From the NCBI GenBank assembly GCA_036676395.1, contig JAKFCY010000002.1, positions 1,472,001 through 1,536,000 on the forward strand: a stretch of DNA of 64,000 nucleotides. The letters run 5' to 3'. The notes below the pieces were generated by a model. The model worked only from the letters and a program-made list of their open reading frames with translations. It was not told the DNA's origin and did no database searches. Each line of letters starts with the position of its first letter. The stretch's first letter is position 1. Source of the DNA: Bdellovibrio sp. GTDB lineage: Bacteria > Bdellovibrionota > Bdellovibrionia > Bdellovibrionales > Bdellovibrionaceae. Both the position numbers and the translations under genes were made by a program. Of this stretch, positions 19,112 to 28,736 are shown in pieces.

Positions 19112-20113
19112 TTAGAAACGAAGTAATACTGATCCTGAAGTTAAACCAGAACCGAATGCTGTGAGTAGTATTAACTGTCCGCGTTTAAGACGACCATCAC
19201 GATAAGCCATATCAAAGGCAATCGGAACAGACGCTGCAGATGTGTTTCCAGTTTCATGAACTGAAGAAACAATTTTATCCATTGAAAATTCAAATTGATT
19301 TGCAACAGCTTCTGTAATGCGAAGATTAGCTTGATGTGGAACAATCCAGTCAAGATCTGCCGGAGTTTTTCCAGCAGCATCTAAAGCTTCGTGGCAGGCT
19401 GTCGCCATTGTGCGTACTGCATGTTTAAAGATTTCTTTACCCTTCATTTTCATGAAGTGTGCGCCTGAATCCAGAACTTCTTGCGAGAACGGAGTTTTTG
19501 TTCCGCCGGCTTCAAACCATAAAAGTTCGGCGTGCGAACCTTCGGCGTGACAATGACTTGTGATAATTGTGTTTTCATCTGTTGCGCTTGCACGTGATAC
19601 GACCATTGCGCCAGCACCATCGCCAAATAAAATACAAGTTTCGCGGTCTTTATAATTCACTAGACGAGATAAAGTCTCGGCACCAGCGATTAAGATATTT
19701 TTGTAAGTTCCGTTTTTGATAAATTGATCGGCGATATGCATTGCGTACACAAAGCCTGTGCAAGCCGCGCTAATATCAAACGCCATAACATTTTTAGCGC
19801 CTAGCTTAGTTTGCACGATACAAGCTGTACCCGGCATACGATAGTCACCAGAGATAGTAGCTACAATAATTAAATCAATATCTTGAGCGGTAAGATTAGC
19901 GTCTTTAAGGGCGTTTTGTGCAGCCTTAACGACTAGATCCGATGTAGCTTCAGTTGGTGCAGCTACATGGCGGTGAACGATACCTGTTCTTTGAACAACC
20001 CAGTCGTGAGAAGTTTCGACCAATTTTTCAAGGTCGTAATTCGTTAAAACTTTTTCGGGTAGGTATGATCCTACCCCACTGATTCTGGTTTTAAACTGAC
20101 TGGTGATAGACAT
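19112..20113 (-). CDS. fabH: 3-oxoacyl-ACP synthase III
   Basis: AACTGF, LFGDGAGA, PHQAN, GNTSAAS. Confidence 0.97.
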   Translation of the reverse strand: MSITSQFKTRISGVGSYLPEKVLTNYDLEKLVETSHDWVVQRTGIVHRHVAAPTEATSDLVVKAAQNALKDANLTAQDIDLIIVATISGDYRMPGTACIVQTKLGAKNVMAFDISAACTGFVYAMHIADQFIKNGTYKNILIAGAETLSRLVNYKDRETCILFGDGAGAMVVSRASATDENTIITSHCHAEGSHAELLWFEAGGTKTPFSQEVLDSGAHFMKMKGKEIFKHAVRTMATACHEALDAAGKTPADLDWIVPHQANLRITEAVANQFEFSMDKIVSSVHETGNTSAASVPIAFDMAYRDGRLKRGQLILLTAFGSGLTSGSVLLRF

Positions 20114-20129
20114 ATTAGATATCTAAAAA

Positions 20130-20324
20130 CTATTTCTTAGCTTTAGCGGCGCTGATTTGTTTACCTTTATAGTAAAGAGCTCCGTCAGCAGCTTTAAAAG
20201 CGCGGTGAGGACGTACTAATTCTCCAGATTTTTTATCAATTGCCATCGCTGGTAATGCTAATCCATCGTGCGATCTTCTCATGTCACGAACTGATTTCGA
20301 CGTTTTCTTCTTCGGTGTAGGCAT
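20130..20324 (-). CDS. rpmF: 50S ribosomal protein L32 (Cys-free form)
   Basis: [15 protein letters not shown]...PHR...YYKG; position between yceD and fabH. Confidence 0.93.
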   Translation of the reverse strand: MPTPKKKTSKSVRDMRRSHDGLALPAMAIDKKSGELVRPHRAFKAADGALYYKGKQISAAKAKK

Positions 20325-20399
20325 TTCAAACTCCTAATAAATCATTAATTAATAAATGAAGGTTCTAATTTATGTATGATAGCGCCCCAAAAGGCAATA

Positions 20400-20963
20400 C
20401 TAATTTAATTTAAGCCCTTTGAGTACATTAAAGGCATTGTTCTTTTTTTCGTGTTCAATGGTATTGTCCATTTTTTCATCATAGATAAAGGTGTCTGAAT
20501 CAGCACTTTTAATGGCTGTTTTGCAGGCAGTGTCACCTTTATCATGACGCGGATTGAATGGAATCGAGAACGCCAAAGCTTCATGTAAGAACTCACCAAT
20601 ATCAAACTGCTCGCCGAAATACTCAGAAACACTTGGGCCGTCTTGATTAAGCTCAGAAACATGGTTCGATTTAGAGAATTGGCTATTCTTGATCTCTTCA
20701 GCGCCGGGAATTAAAATTTCATGCACCGAGGCTTGTGCTTTGAAGTGAAAATTTTCACCGCACGTAGAACACAATTCTTCAGTTTCGCTCTTAATAGAGC
20801 CCTTTAGATCGTAATTCTTAGTGTTCAACGGGCGGATAAATACTTGTGCTGTGTATTCTGCCTGACCAATCAGGTCTTCTAAAACTGCGTTTAATTCGCC
20901 GGTTTTACGGTTAAATACATAGTCGCGGCCATCTTCTGGGATTTCGTTTAATTTAATTTTCAT
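20400..20963 (-). CDS. yceD: YceD/DUF177 family protein
   Basis: CSTC motif, 'DIGEFLHEAL..SIP', directly upstream of rpmF. Confidence 0.85.
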   Translation of the reverse strand: MKIKLNEIPEDGRDYVFNRKTGELNAVLEDLIGQAEYTAQVFIRPLNTKNYDLKGSIKSETEELCSTCGENFHFKAQASVHEILIPGAEEIKNSQFSKSNHVSELNQDGPSVSEYFGEQFDIGEFLHEALAFSIPFNPRHDKGDTACKTAIKSADSDTFIYDEKMDNTIEHEKKNNAFNVLKGLKLN

Positions 20964-20989
20964 AATAGTGCAGTCCTTATATCTAATTT

Positions 20990-21610
20990 TTAGTTTCTTT
21001 TCCAGCCATAATTAAAGCTCACACTAATTCGTGGCTCGGCGGTCGTGTTTAATGGAACTTCATGGCGTAACCAGCTTTCAAACATCACCACATCACCTTC
21101 ATCAGGTTTAAGGGTGATAAAGCGCTGGTTGATTAGCTTGGCTTTTAACTTGGGCATTGGCGCATTCATAAAAAAGCCTAAGCGCGGGTCTTCAAACTTA
21201 ATAGGACTTGAGCCTTTTGGCAGCTGTAAATACATTGTACCACTAATAACTGATAACGGGTGTATATGGGCTGTATGTTGCGCCCCCTCAGGCATTACAT
21301 TCACCCAGCATTGGCTTAAATAGAGATCTTTGGCGCTAATCTCAAACTCTAAGGCATTGAGGTAGTTTTTCAGATGGATTTCAAGGGCTTGTTCCAGCTT
21401 TTTAAAGCTAGGCATAACCATATGTAACTTATCAACTGATCCGTAGCTGGTATACCCTGAAACATAATTTTTCTCTGACCACTTGTGACCGGCTTCGTCC
21501 GACGCCAATAGATTTTCGACGTCTTCCAGGAGCTGGTTACCTAAAGAGCGAAAAATCTTGGGGCTTGCCAGGGGCTTATTGTAAATTTGTGTAACGAAGG
21601 CCTGTATCAT
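20990..21610 (-). CDS. TIGR02466 family putative 2OG-Fe(II) oxygenase
   Basis: GYTSY, WVN, H.HP.SVISG..Y, F.DPR, FESWLRHEVP, RISVSFN. Confidence 0.88.
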   Translation of the reverse strand: MIQAFVTQIYNKPLASPKIFRSLGNQLLEDVENLLASDEAGHKWSEKNYVSGYTSYGSVDKLHMVMPSFKKLEQALEIHLKNYLNALEFEISAKDLYLSQCWVNVMPEGAQHTAHIHPLSVISGTMYLQLPKGSSPIKFEDPRLGFFMNAPMPKLKAKLINQRFITLKPDEGDVVMFESWLRHEVPLNTTAEPRISVSFNYGWKRN

Positions 21611-21799
21611 AGAGGCACATATTTACGGTATAACCCCTTAATATGTTAGCCCTTTTTCGCCTATGTAAAATTATTTTACACCCCATAAGAATTCCTAATT
21701 GGTTTTAACCGATCTGAGCCCTTACTTTGTCTTAAGTTGAGATTCAGAAATGGGTCCAACGGTTGCAAAGACATAAGAGTAAGAAAACAAGGAGTTTAT

Positions 21800-22132
21800 A
21801 TGAAAACATTAAAATCTTTAGCTTTAATTTCGATGATGGTTTTAGGATCTCAAGCTTATGCCATTGAAACTGTAGATTTTCGTGACATCATTAAAGAGAA
21901 CTCTCAAGCCCAAACTGACTTACATAAGCAAATCAAAGAAACAGTCGATTCAAGCCGTATCGCCGCGCAAACGTCTGATACAGGGTCTCAAGTGATCGCT
22001 GATAATGCCCAAACAGTTCATGTTAGAACTAAAAAAGACATGTTAACTTTTGCTAAAGAGAAAAAGCACAGCGCCGCATCTCAAAAGCAAAACGATAAAA
22101 GACTTGCACAAGAGTTCCAAGACTTAGAATAA
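21800..22132 (+). CDS. Small secreted protein
   Basis: GGAG RBS, ATG 21800, signal peptide ending AYA; preceded by a palindrome (21729-21743) and GG-N10-GC (21752-21767). Confidence 0.75.
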   Translation: MKTLKSLALISMMVLGSQAYAIETVDFRDIIKENSQAQTDLHKQIKETVDSSRIAAQTSDTGSQVIADNAQTVHVRTKKDMLTFAKEKKHSAASQKQNDKRLAQEFQDLE

Positions 22133-22139
22133 TAAGTGG

Positions 22140-22574
22140 GTGCAAACCCTTAAATTATTCACCCTTATTTTTTTTATTTCAATCTCTGGCTTAGCGGCTG
22201 GTAAAAACAAAAAGCAAATGCAAGTACAGCCAGTTATTCTGGCTGTTTCTTTTGAAGTCTTCGATAAAAACAAACAACTCTTAAATACCTTTTCATTTGA
22301 TGGCGAACAAAAAACTGAAATTGCCGCCGATGTTAAAAATACCGGAAATTTCAAATGTGAATGTTCTGGGCAATTTGAAATCGTCCCTTTAAATGGCCAG
22401 AAATACATAGCCACATTTTTTAATTTCGAATGCGGCGAAAACGATCAAAAAACCAAATCAAAAATCGGTCGGTTATTAATTCCTGTTACCGATTATAAAA
22501 GCTTTTCTAAGACCATCTTTCTTCACAAAAATCAGCCCGAAGTAGTGCTTAAAATTAAAGAACTTACCCTTTAA
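22140..22574 (+). CDS. Secreted hypothetical protein
   Basis: N-terminal hydrophobic signal, 144 aa ORF. Confidence 0.6.
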   Translation: MQTLKLFTLIFFISISGLAAGKNKKQMQVQPVILAVSFEVFDKNKQLLNTFSFDGEQKTEIAADVKNTGNFKCECSGQFEIVPLNGQKYIATFFNFECGENDQKTKSKIGRLLIPVTDYKSFSKTIFLHKNQPEVVLKIKELTL

Positions 22575-22685
22575 TTGGCGCTAAGCGGTAAGCAAAGAGC
22601 GATTATCGGTTGTCATTTCAATCAAATATGACAAAACTATCCCACATTATTATAGAGCTAAAATACTACTAACTAGGAGATTCGC

Positions 22686-23801
22686 TTGGGTACTTTTGAA
22701 ATGATCGCAAAGCACGGAGAACACGAAGAGATTTTATTTTGCCACGATAAAGATGTTGGTCTTAAAGCCATCATTGCAATACACAATACGGCGTTAGGCC
22801 CGGCTCTTGGTGGAACGCGCATGTGGAATTACAAAACTGAAGACGAAGCCTTAACAGACGTATTACGCTTATCTAAAGGTATGACTTACAAAGCTTCAGC
22901 TGCTGGCCTTAACTTAGGCGGCGGTAAAGCCGTTATCATCGGCGATCCTAAAACACAAAAAACTGAAGGTCTATTTCGCGCCTTCGGACATTTCGTTAAT
23001 TCATTAAACGGTAAATACATCACAGCTGAAGATGTTGGTACTGCTGAAAAAGACATGGAATACATTTACATGGAAACTCCTTGGGTGACTGGTATTCCTA
23101 AAGACTTCGGTGGTTCAGGTGATCCATCTCCCTATACAGCTCACGGTGTGCTAATGGGTATCAAAGCAGCGGCTCACGAAAAATTTGGCACTGATGCTTT
23201 AAAAGGAATGCGCATTGCGGTTCAAGGCCTTGGTAACGTTGGTTCTAATTTAGTTAAATACTTAACTGAAGAAGGCGCACAAATTATCGTTTCTGATATT
23301 GACCAAGCTCGTGTAACTAAAATCGTAAATACTTTTGGCGTTAAAGCTGTAAGTACTGATGAAATTTTAGGTGTTGATTGTGACATTCAAGCTCCGTGTG
23401 CAATGGGTGCGATCGTGAATGACCAAACTATTGGTAAATTTAAATGTAAAGTTATCGCCGGCGGAGCAAACAATCAATTAGCTGAACCTCGCCACGGTGA
23501 CCATTTACGTGAATTAGGTATTTTATATGCTCCGGATTACGTTGTTAATGCCGGTGGCCTTATGAACGTATTCGTAGAATTAGAAGGTTATTCTCCAGAC
23601 CGCGCATTTGAAAAAACTCGCAAAGTATATGACAATGTAAAGAAAGTATTTGAAATCGCTAAGCGCGATAATATCGGCACACACACGGCTGCTGATCGCA
23701 TGGCTGAAGAACGTATCCAAACAATTGGTAACCTTAAAAAACGTCATCCGGGCAAATCAGACCGTGCGTTCTCGACTTTAAAAGAAATTAAAAACAGATA
23801 A
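22686..23801 (+). CDS. ldh: Leu/Phe/Val dehydrogenase (leucine dehydrogenase-like)
   Basis: GPALGGTR, GMTYK, GGGKAV, TAEDVG, GLGNVG, GGANNQL; TTG start with AGGAG RBS. Confidence 0.93.
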   Translation: MGTFEMIAKHGEHEEILFCHDKDVGLKAIIAIHNTALGPALGGTRMWNYKTEDEALTDVLRLSKGMTYKASAAGLNLGGGKAVIIGDPKTQKTEGLFRAFGHFVNSLNGKYITAEDVGTAEKDMEYIYMETPWVTGIPKDFGGSGDPSPYTAHGVLMGIKAAAHEKFGTDALKGMRIAVQGLGNVGSNLVKYLTEEGAQIIVSDIDQARVTKIVNTFGVKAVSTDEILGVDCDIQAPCAMGAIVNDQTIGKFKCKVIAGGANNQLAEPRHGDHLRELGILYAPDYVVNAGGLMNVFVELEGYSPDRAFEKTRKVYDNVKKVFEIAKRDNIGTHTAADRMAEERIQTIGNLKKRHPGKSDRAFSTLKEIKNR

Positions 23802-23831
23802 TTTTTACGACATAAGAAAAGAGAGAAGAAA

Positions 23832-24518
23832 ATGGAATTTTTAGAAAAAAATGTAAAAGGAATTTTAGGTATTGCAGGAATAGTTATCGTTGCAGGCCTA
23901 GTTGCTACTTTAGTAAATGCAAACTCAATTAAAAAAGAAAAACAAACGCAAGAAAAGTTTTTCGCAATTGATGCCAAAGTTAAAAAGTACAAAGAAGAAA
24001 AATTTAAAGCTAGTGATAAAACAGCAGACAAAAAAGAAGAAGTTGCTTCGGTTCCTGTTGATGTAGCTCAGTTAAAAACTGAATTAGAGGCTTTTGTTTC
24101 TGAAAACACTGGCTCAGTAGCTGCGCAAATTGCTGGTCTTGAATTAGCTGACCTTTTATCAACTGAAAATAAATCTGCTGAAGCCTTAGCATTACTTCAA
24201 AAAGTTGAAACTAAGACTGATTTATTATCGAATGTTTTAGTTCGTATGAAAATCGCTCAAAGCTTAGCTGATCAAGATAAATGCTCTGAGGCTTTAGTTA
24301 TCTGGAGCAAAGTTTTATCTTCAAAAGCTACCAGCTACTTACATGCAGAAGCAAAAATCAATCAGGCTTTATGTTATAAAAAAATGAATGATTTAGCTAA
24401 GGCTGAAGAGATTTTAAACCAAGTTAAAAACGATAAAACGGATGAAACAGGCCAATCAAATCGTGAAGCTGATAGAATCTTAAGACTAATTCAATTTAAC
24501 AAATCTTTTGGAACATAA
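23832..24518 (+). CDS. Membrane-anchored TPR protein (YfgM-like)
   Basis: N-terminal TM plus TPR-like helices, upstream of a BamB-like gene. Confidence 0.7.
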   Translation: MEFLEKNVKGILGIAGIVIVAGLVATLVNANSIKKEKQTQEKFFAIDAKVKKYKEEKFKASDKTADKKEEVASVPVDVAQLKTELEAFVSENTGSVAAQIAGLELADLLSTENKSAEALALLQKVETKTDLLSNVLVRMKIAQSLADQDKCSEALVIWSKVLSSKATSYLHAEAKINQALCYKKMNDLAKAEEILNQVKNDKTDETGQSNREADRILRLIQFNKSFGT

Positions 24519-24525
24519 TATTTTT

Positions 24526-25668
24526 ATGTCTAAATATGCACTTATCTTTTTGGCTTTCGGTTTTATCGGCTGCCAACATATTGAAAAAAACAACGGTGAA
24601 AAAAAAGATCTAAAGGTGAGTGCCTTCTGGGTTCAGGATACTTTGAAAGAACCTAATGTTGGATATCGTAAGATTAATCGGTTTGCGCCGATTCTTTATA
24701 AAGACCTGATTGTTGTAGCCAACGGCCTTGAAGGTATAGTTGCCTATGATGTTTTAGATAAAACTAAAAAATGGTCTATTGCGATCGATAAAGGGATTGA
24801 ATCAGCAGGAGCCGTGATTAATTCACGTCTTTTTGTTGGTGGCTTAAACGGAATTTTTTATTCTATCGATTTAGATACCGCTAAAATTGTCTGGGAGTTC
24901 GATACACGATCTGAAGTTGTTGCAGAACCCTTAATTAATGATGGTTTTGTGTATTTTTTAAGTGGATCAAACATTTTATACTGCCTAGATGCTACCAATG
25001 GCCGTCAAATCTGGGTGTATAACCGCCAAGATACAGCCACTCAAATGACTGTGCGTGGTGGCGCAAAGCCAGCCATTTCGGGCGGGCAAATTTATCAGGG
25101 GTTTAGCGATGGCTCATTAGTCTCATTAAACGCAAAAACCGGAACTCCGAATTGGGAAGTTTTATTAAATCGTAATACTAAATTTAAAGATATCGATGCC
25201 AGTGCTGTCATTGAAAACGATACGATTTATATCAATAGTTATGATGACAAATTGTACGCAGTTTCAAAATCATCTGGAACTATTCTATGGAAGTCTGAAT
25301 TCGGTGGAGCGACGCCGCCGATCGTTTTTTCTGATCGTTTAGTTTATTCGTCGTCTAAAGGCCATTTAATGGTTGTTACTAAAAAGTCGGGTGAACTGAT
25401 TTGGAAAGTTTCGAACTTAAAAGGCATTGCCACTGAACCTGTTTCACACAAAGGCTTAATCGCTGTCGGCGAATCACAAGGGGCTATTTTATTTTACGAC
25501 CTTATGAACGGACAGCTTAAAGGTAGCTTTGATCCAGGGCGTGGAGTTTTAGGGCGATTAACAACAGATAAAAACAAACGTTTTTATTTTATGTCAGGTG
25601 AAGCCAATGTTTATGGTGTTTTAGTTGAGTACACGAATAAAAATTCGAACTTTTCATTTTTAGAATAG
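24526..25668 (+). CDS. PQQ-like beta-propeller lipoprotein (BamB-like)
   Basis: IG-C lipobox, repeated 'LDA.TG...W' propeller blades. Confidence 0.85.
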   Translation: MSKYALIFLAFGFIGCQHIEKNNGEKKDLKVSAFWVQDTLKEPNVGYRKINRFAPILYKDLIVVANGLEGIVAYDVLDKTKKWSIAIDKGIESAGAVINSRLFVGGLNGIFYSIDLDTAKIVWEFDTRSEVVAEPLINDGFVYFLSGSNILYCLDATNGRQIWVYNRQDTATQMTVRGGAKPAISGGQIYQGFSDGSLVSLNAKTGTPNWEVLLNRNTKFKDIDASAVIENDTIYINSYDDKLYAVSKSSGTILWKSEFGGATPPIVFSDRLVYSSSKGHLMVVTKKSGELIWKVSNLKGIATEPVSHKGLIAVGESQGAILFYDLMNGQLKGSFDPGRGVLGRLTTDKNKRFYFMSGEANVYGVLVEYTNKNSNFSFLE

Positions 25669-25674
25669 GATTAT

Positions 25675-26091
25675 ATGAAACTAGTTTTAGCTCTATTAAT
25701 CATTGGCTCTTTATTTTCATGCTCTACTAGAACATGCAAACCCAATGAAAATCTTGAACAAACTCAAGATGCAGCTGTTCAAAAAAATCTACCTATAGCC
25801 GGCGAGACGAAAATTTCACCAACTACGAATATGACAAATCAAAATAAAAAACTAAAAGTTTACAAGCCAGATGGCTCTGTTCAATGCGAACCAGGCACCG
25901 GAACTTCAGCTGCTGAAATGGCAAAACAGCTTGGTGATATTAAAGTTTATTCTTCTGAAAACAAACATGATGGTTTAATCCGTATTCAAGTCTGCGGTCA
26001 AGCCACTGGCAATTGTAACGTTTTTGAAATTAATGAAGCTGATGCTGCCAAGGCCGAAAAGCTTGGTTTCAAAAAGTGGAAAAGTAACTAA
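25675..26091 (+). CDS. Lipoprotein of unknown function
   Basis: FS-C lipobox; VYKPDGSVQCE...CG..TG domain. Confidence 0.75.
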   Translation: MKLVLALLIIGSLFSCSTRTCKPNENLEQTQDAAVQKNLPIAGETKISPTTNMTNQNKKLKVYKPDGSVQCEPGTGTSAAEMAKQLGDIKVYSSENKHDGLIRIQVCGQATGNCNVFEINEADAAKAEKLGFKKWKSN

Positions 26092-26176
26092 CTAAGCCCG
26101 TTCGCCTAATAGCGTATCATTGTAAAACAATTAGACAGACAAGCCTTACCAGCTCGAATAGGGCGGGGATAGGGCT

Positions 26177-26192
26177 TGGCCCTGGTCTCGCT
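26177..26192 (+). promoter_or_regulatory. sigma54-like promoter
   Basis: TGGCCCTGGTCTCGCT (GG-N10-GC); shares TTGGCCCTGG with the element at 37017. Confidence 0.5.
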
Positions 26193-26230
26193 AATACTCC
26201 TATGGAATATCAATCCATATAGGAGCTATT

Positions 26231-27310
26231 ATGAAGTCTTCACGTTTATTAAAGGCCTTTACCCTAGGTTTTGCTTTAACTATGTCTTCTAATGCATTTG
26301 CAGGCATGGCTCAGCAATTGTTAACTGAAGATATTCAAGGCGCGATTAAGACTTTACCGCGTGAAACGCGTCTTTATCATTATTTTGGAATCAATCTTAA
26401 CGGTAACAAATTAGAAGATACGAATTTAAAAAAAGCTAAAAACCGCTATTCAATGGTGAATGAGCGCGTAAAATACGCGGCTGAAAGTTTTTGGAATTTA
26501 AATGACAACACCACCAGATTAGCTAATGCCGGTCTTGGTTTATACTTAGCGATCGATCCATATGCGTCTTCTCCGGCGGCGGCTCCAGATACAGGAGCTA
26601 ACTTTGGTTCTACAATGATTGAAGTGACTTTCAACGCCGGAACCAAATATTTAGATTTAATGAAAGATGTACCGTTACGCGAAGAAACAATCCAAGCTAT
26701 CGTTACTGAAACCGGAATGAGCCAGGCAGATGCGGCTAAACTTTTATTACCACGTAATGAAGTTAAACCAAACGGAGAAACGGGCGTGGCCCACAAAGGT
26801 TTTGCACGCGATACATTGCAATTTATGGCAGAAAAGCAAAACGTAAATTTTAGAAAATTAGTTTATGCAGTTTACTCACAAGCTGGAATTTCTTTGACTG
26901 AGTATGGCTGGCAAGCAGCGACGACTTCATTTTGTGGATCTACAAATCCTCATCGTTCAGCTTTAGTTTATATCGGCGGACCGCAAACACAAAATGCAAT
27001 CAAATCGGTAACAATGATTTACTGGGCGCCACATTCAGCAGAATTAGATGCTCAAGAATCTGAAGCTTTAGATCGCAATAAAAAACTTTATAGCGTGTTA
27101 CAGCCGTTACGTCCTTTAGAAAAAAGCTATCAGTCAATCGCAGACGATGCTTATAAAGCTAAAAAAGCTGGCGATAAAGCTACGGCAAAACAATTAAGTG
27201 ATCAGTTGCCAGATATTATTTCAAATATCACTGCAACTATTATTTCTACGTATCCAGATCAGGCTGAATTATTAGACCTTCGCTCAAAAACTTTTGAGTG
27301 TATGAAATAA
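26231..27310 (+). CDS. Secreted protein with ADP-ribosyltransferase-like fold motifs
   Basis: Signal peptide (NAFA); LYH strand, GLGLYLAIDP..S motif, FG..MIEVTF..G.KYLDL, later GIS..EY; functional call by motif reading only. Confidence 0.55.
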   Translation: MKSSRLLKAFTLGFALTMSSNAFAGMAQQLLTEDIQGAIKTLPRETRLYHYFGINLNGNKLEDTNLKKAKNRYSMVNERVKYAAESFWNLNDNTTRLANAGLGLYLAIDPYASSPAAAPDTGANFGSTMIEVTFNAGTKYLDLMKDVPLREETIQAIVTETGMSQADAAKLLLPRNEVKPNGETGVAHKGFARDTLQFMAEKQNVNFRKLVYAVYSQAGISLTEYGWQAATTSFCGSTNPHRSALVYIGGPQTQNAIKSVTMIYWAPHSAELDAQESEALDRNKKLYSVLQPLRPLEKSYQSIADDAYKAKKAGDKATAKQLSDQLPDIISNITATIISTYPDQAELLDLRSKTFECMK

Positions 27311-27328
27311 TTCTTGAAGGATCCATTT

Positions 27329-28477
27329 GTGAAAACTCTTTTAGCCACGTTAATTTTATTTTTAGCAGCCGCACAAGCTTTTGCCTGTGATGCTGCTATT
27401 GAAAAATTCTCGCGCGATTGCGGGATGCAAGACCGTATGGCTAAAATTCGTGATGACTATGCGGCAATTGGTATCGATGTTGATGAAATCGGCGAGTACA
27501 AAGTATTACGTTTTATCGATCGTTCTTCTTGGGAAAAAGCTAAATCATTAAAAAAAGCCCCAACCGACATATATGATCCAGCTCCTGCCACTTGGCAAGT
27601 TTGGGAAAAAGGCATTGATTCACTATTTAAAGGCCAACAATTAAAAAATGTTTTATTCGGCCAAATGAATTTAGATCAAAATATTTTTTCACGCATTAAT
27701 ACTGTTTTATTAACTGATGGCATAACAAGTATTAAAGATAAAAACACTTCGCAAAGTAAAAAACCTGGTGAATTTCGTCATTATAGCGATGTTGGCGTTG
27801 GTTGGTGCGCGGGTAATGAAAATGCTAACAACTATCACCAAGGCATTCGCAAATCTGAAGATTCGATGGAACGTTTTCAAAAACGCTGGGAATCCTTAAT
27901 GGGTATTGAATTTCGTGAAATCGTTAAAAATGAAGATGGTCCGAATTGGCGCAGAGCTGATTTACAATCTGGCATGCATATATCTGAAGGAGCAACTTGC
28001 CGTGGTGGCAAAGGTGTTTTCATTGGCTACAGCGATTCTGGCCAAGTAGAAAGACAAATCGATTGGATCCGTATTTTTATTAAATCCAACTTACAAAGCT
28101 ATCAACGTGGCGAACCAAAGCTTGCGCCGGTCGAATTAGCCGCTGTTGTGCAAAAATGGTTTGTCAGCGTTCACCCTTTTGCTGACGGCAACGGCCGTAC
28201 TTCACGCGGTATACAAGAATTAATTATGGCTAATTTTGGGTTACCCTTTGTACCAGGTGGCGACTTACAAAACGATGCTATGGAAGACGTTGATGTTTAT
28301 ATCGAAAATACATATAAAAAGGTAGATTCAATGTTAACTGAACTTGAAATGTGCCTTAATAAACGTGGTGACCGGCTCATTCCAAGAGCTTGTCGCACTA
28401 TTGATGAATTAAATCATCATAGAATTTCTGATGACGAAGTCGAACAACCAGCTCAACAGATCCAAAACGGCGGTTAA
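27329..28477 (+). CDS. Secreted Fic-domain protein (AMPylase)
   Basis: Complete Fic motif HPFADGNGRTSR, PGEFR upstream motif; signal peptide from GTG 27329 ending QAFA. Confidence 0.88.
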   Translation: MKTLLATLILFLAAAQAFACDAAIEKFSRDCGMQDRMAKIRDDYAAIGIDVDEIGEYKVLRFIDRSSWEKAKSLKKAPTDIYDPAPATWQVWEKGIDSLFKGQQLKNVLFGQMNLDQNIFSRINTVLLTDGITSIKDKNTSQSKKPGEFRHYSDVGVGWCAGNENANNYHQGIRKSEDSMERFQKRWESLMGIEFREIVKNEDGPNWRRADLQSGMHISEGATCRGGKGVFIGYSDSGQVERQIDWIRIFIKSNLQSYQRGEPKLAPVELAAVVQKWFVSVHPFADGNGRTSRGIQELIMANFGLPFVPGGDLQNDAMEDVDVYIENTYKKVDSMLTELEMCLNKRGDRLIPRACRTIDELNHHRISDDEVEQPAQQIQNGG

Positions 28478-28526
28478 TCGTATAATCGCCCTAAAGCCTG
28501 GACTGTCGTATTGTGACACATTCCTC

Positions 28527-28554
28527 ATGCAACATAATATAACTTATCAGAAGT
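28527..28554 (-). other. Probable chromosomal dif site (XerCD target)
   Basis: Minus strand ACTTCTGATAA-GTTATA-TTATGTTGCAT: 11-6-11 layout with ATAA/TTAT inner palindrome and XerD-type arm TTATGT; intergenic. Confidence 0.8.
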
Positions 28555-28736
28555 TTATTGTGGTGTTCTAAAGGTATGATTTACAACATAAACAGTATGA
28601 TTTATCTAAGCTAATGCTGCTAAATTCGCAGAATCCTAGTTAATCTTAATAAAAGCCTAACGTGATGTTTTAAATTCATCAGGTTATGACTTCTCCAAGA
28701 CAAAAGTAAGACATCACCAATGGGAGACATTAAATC

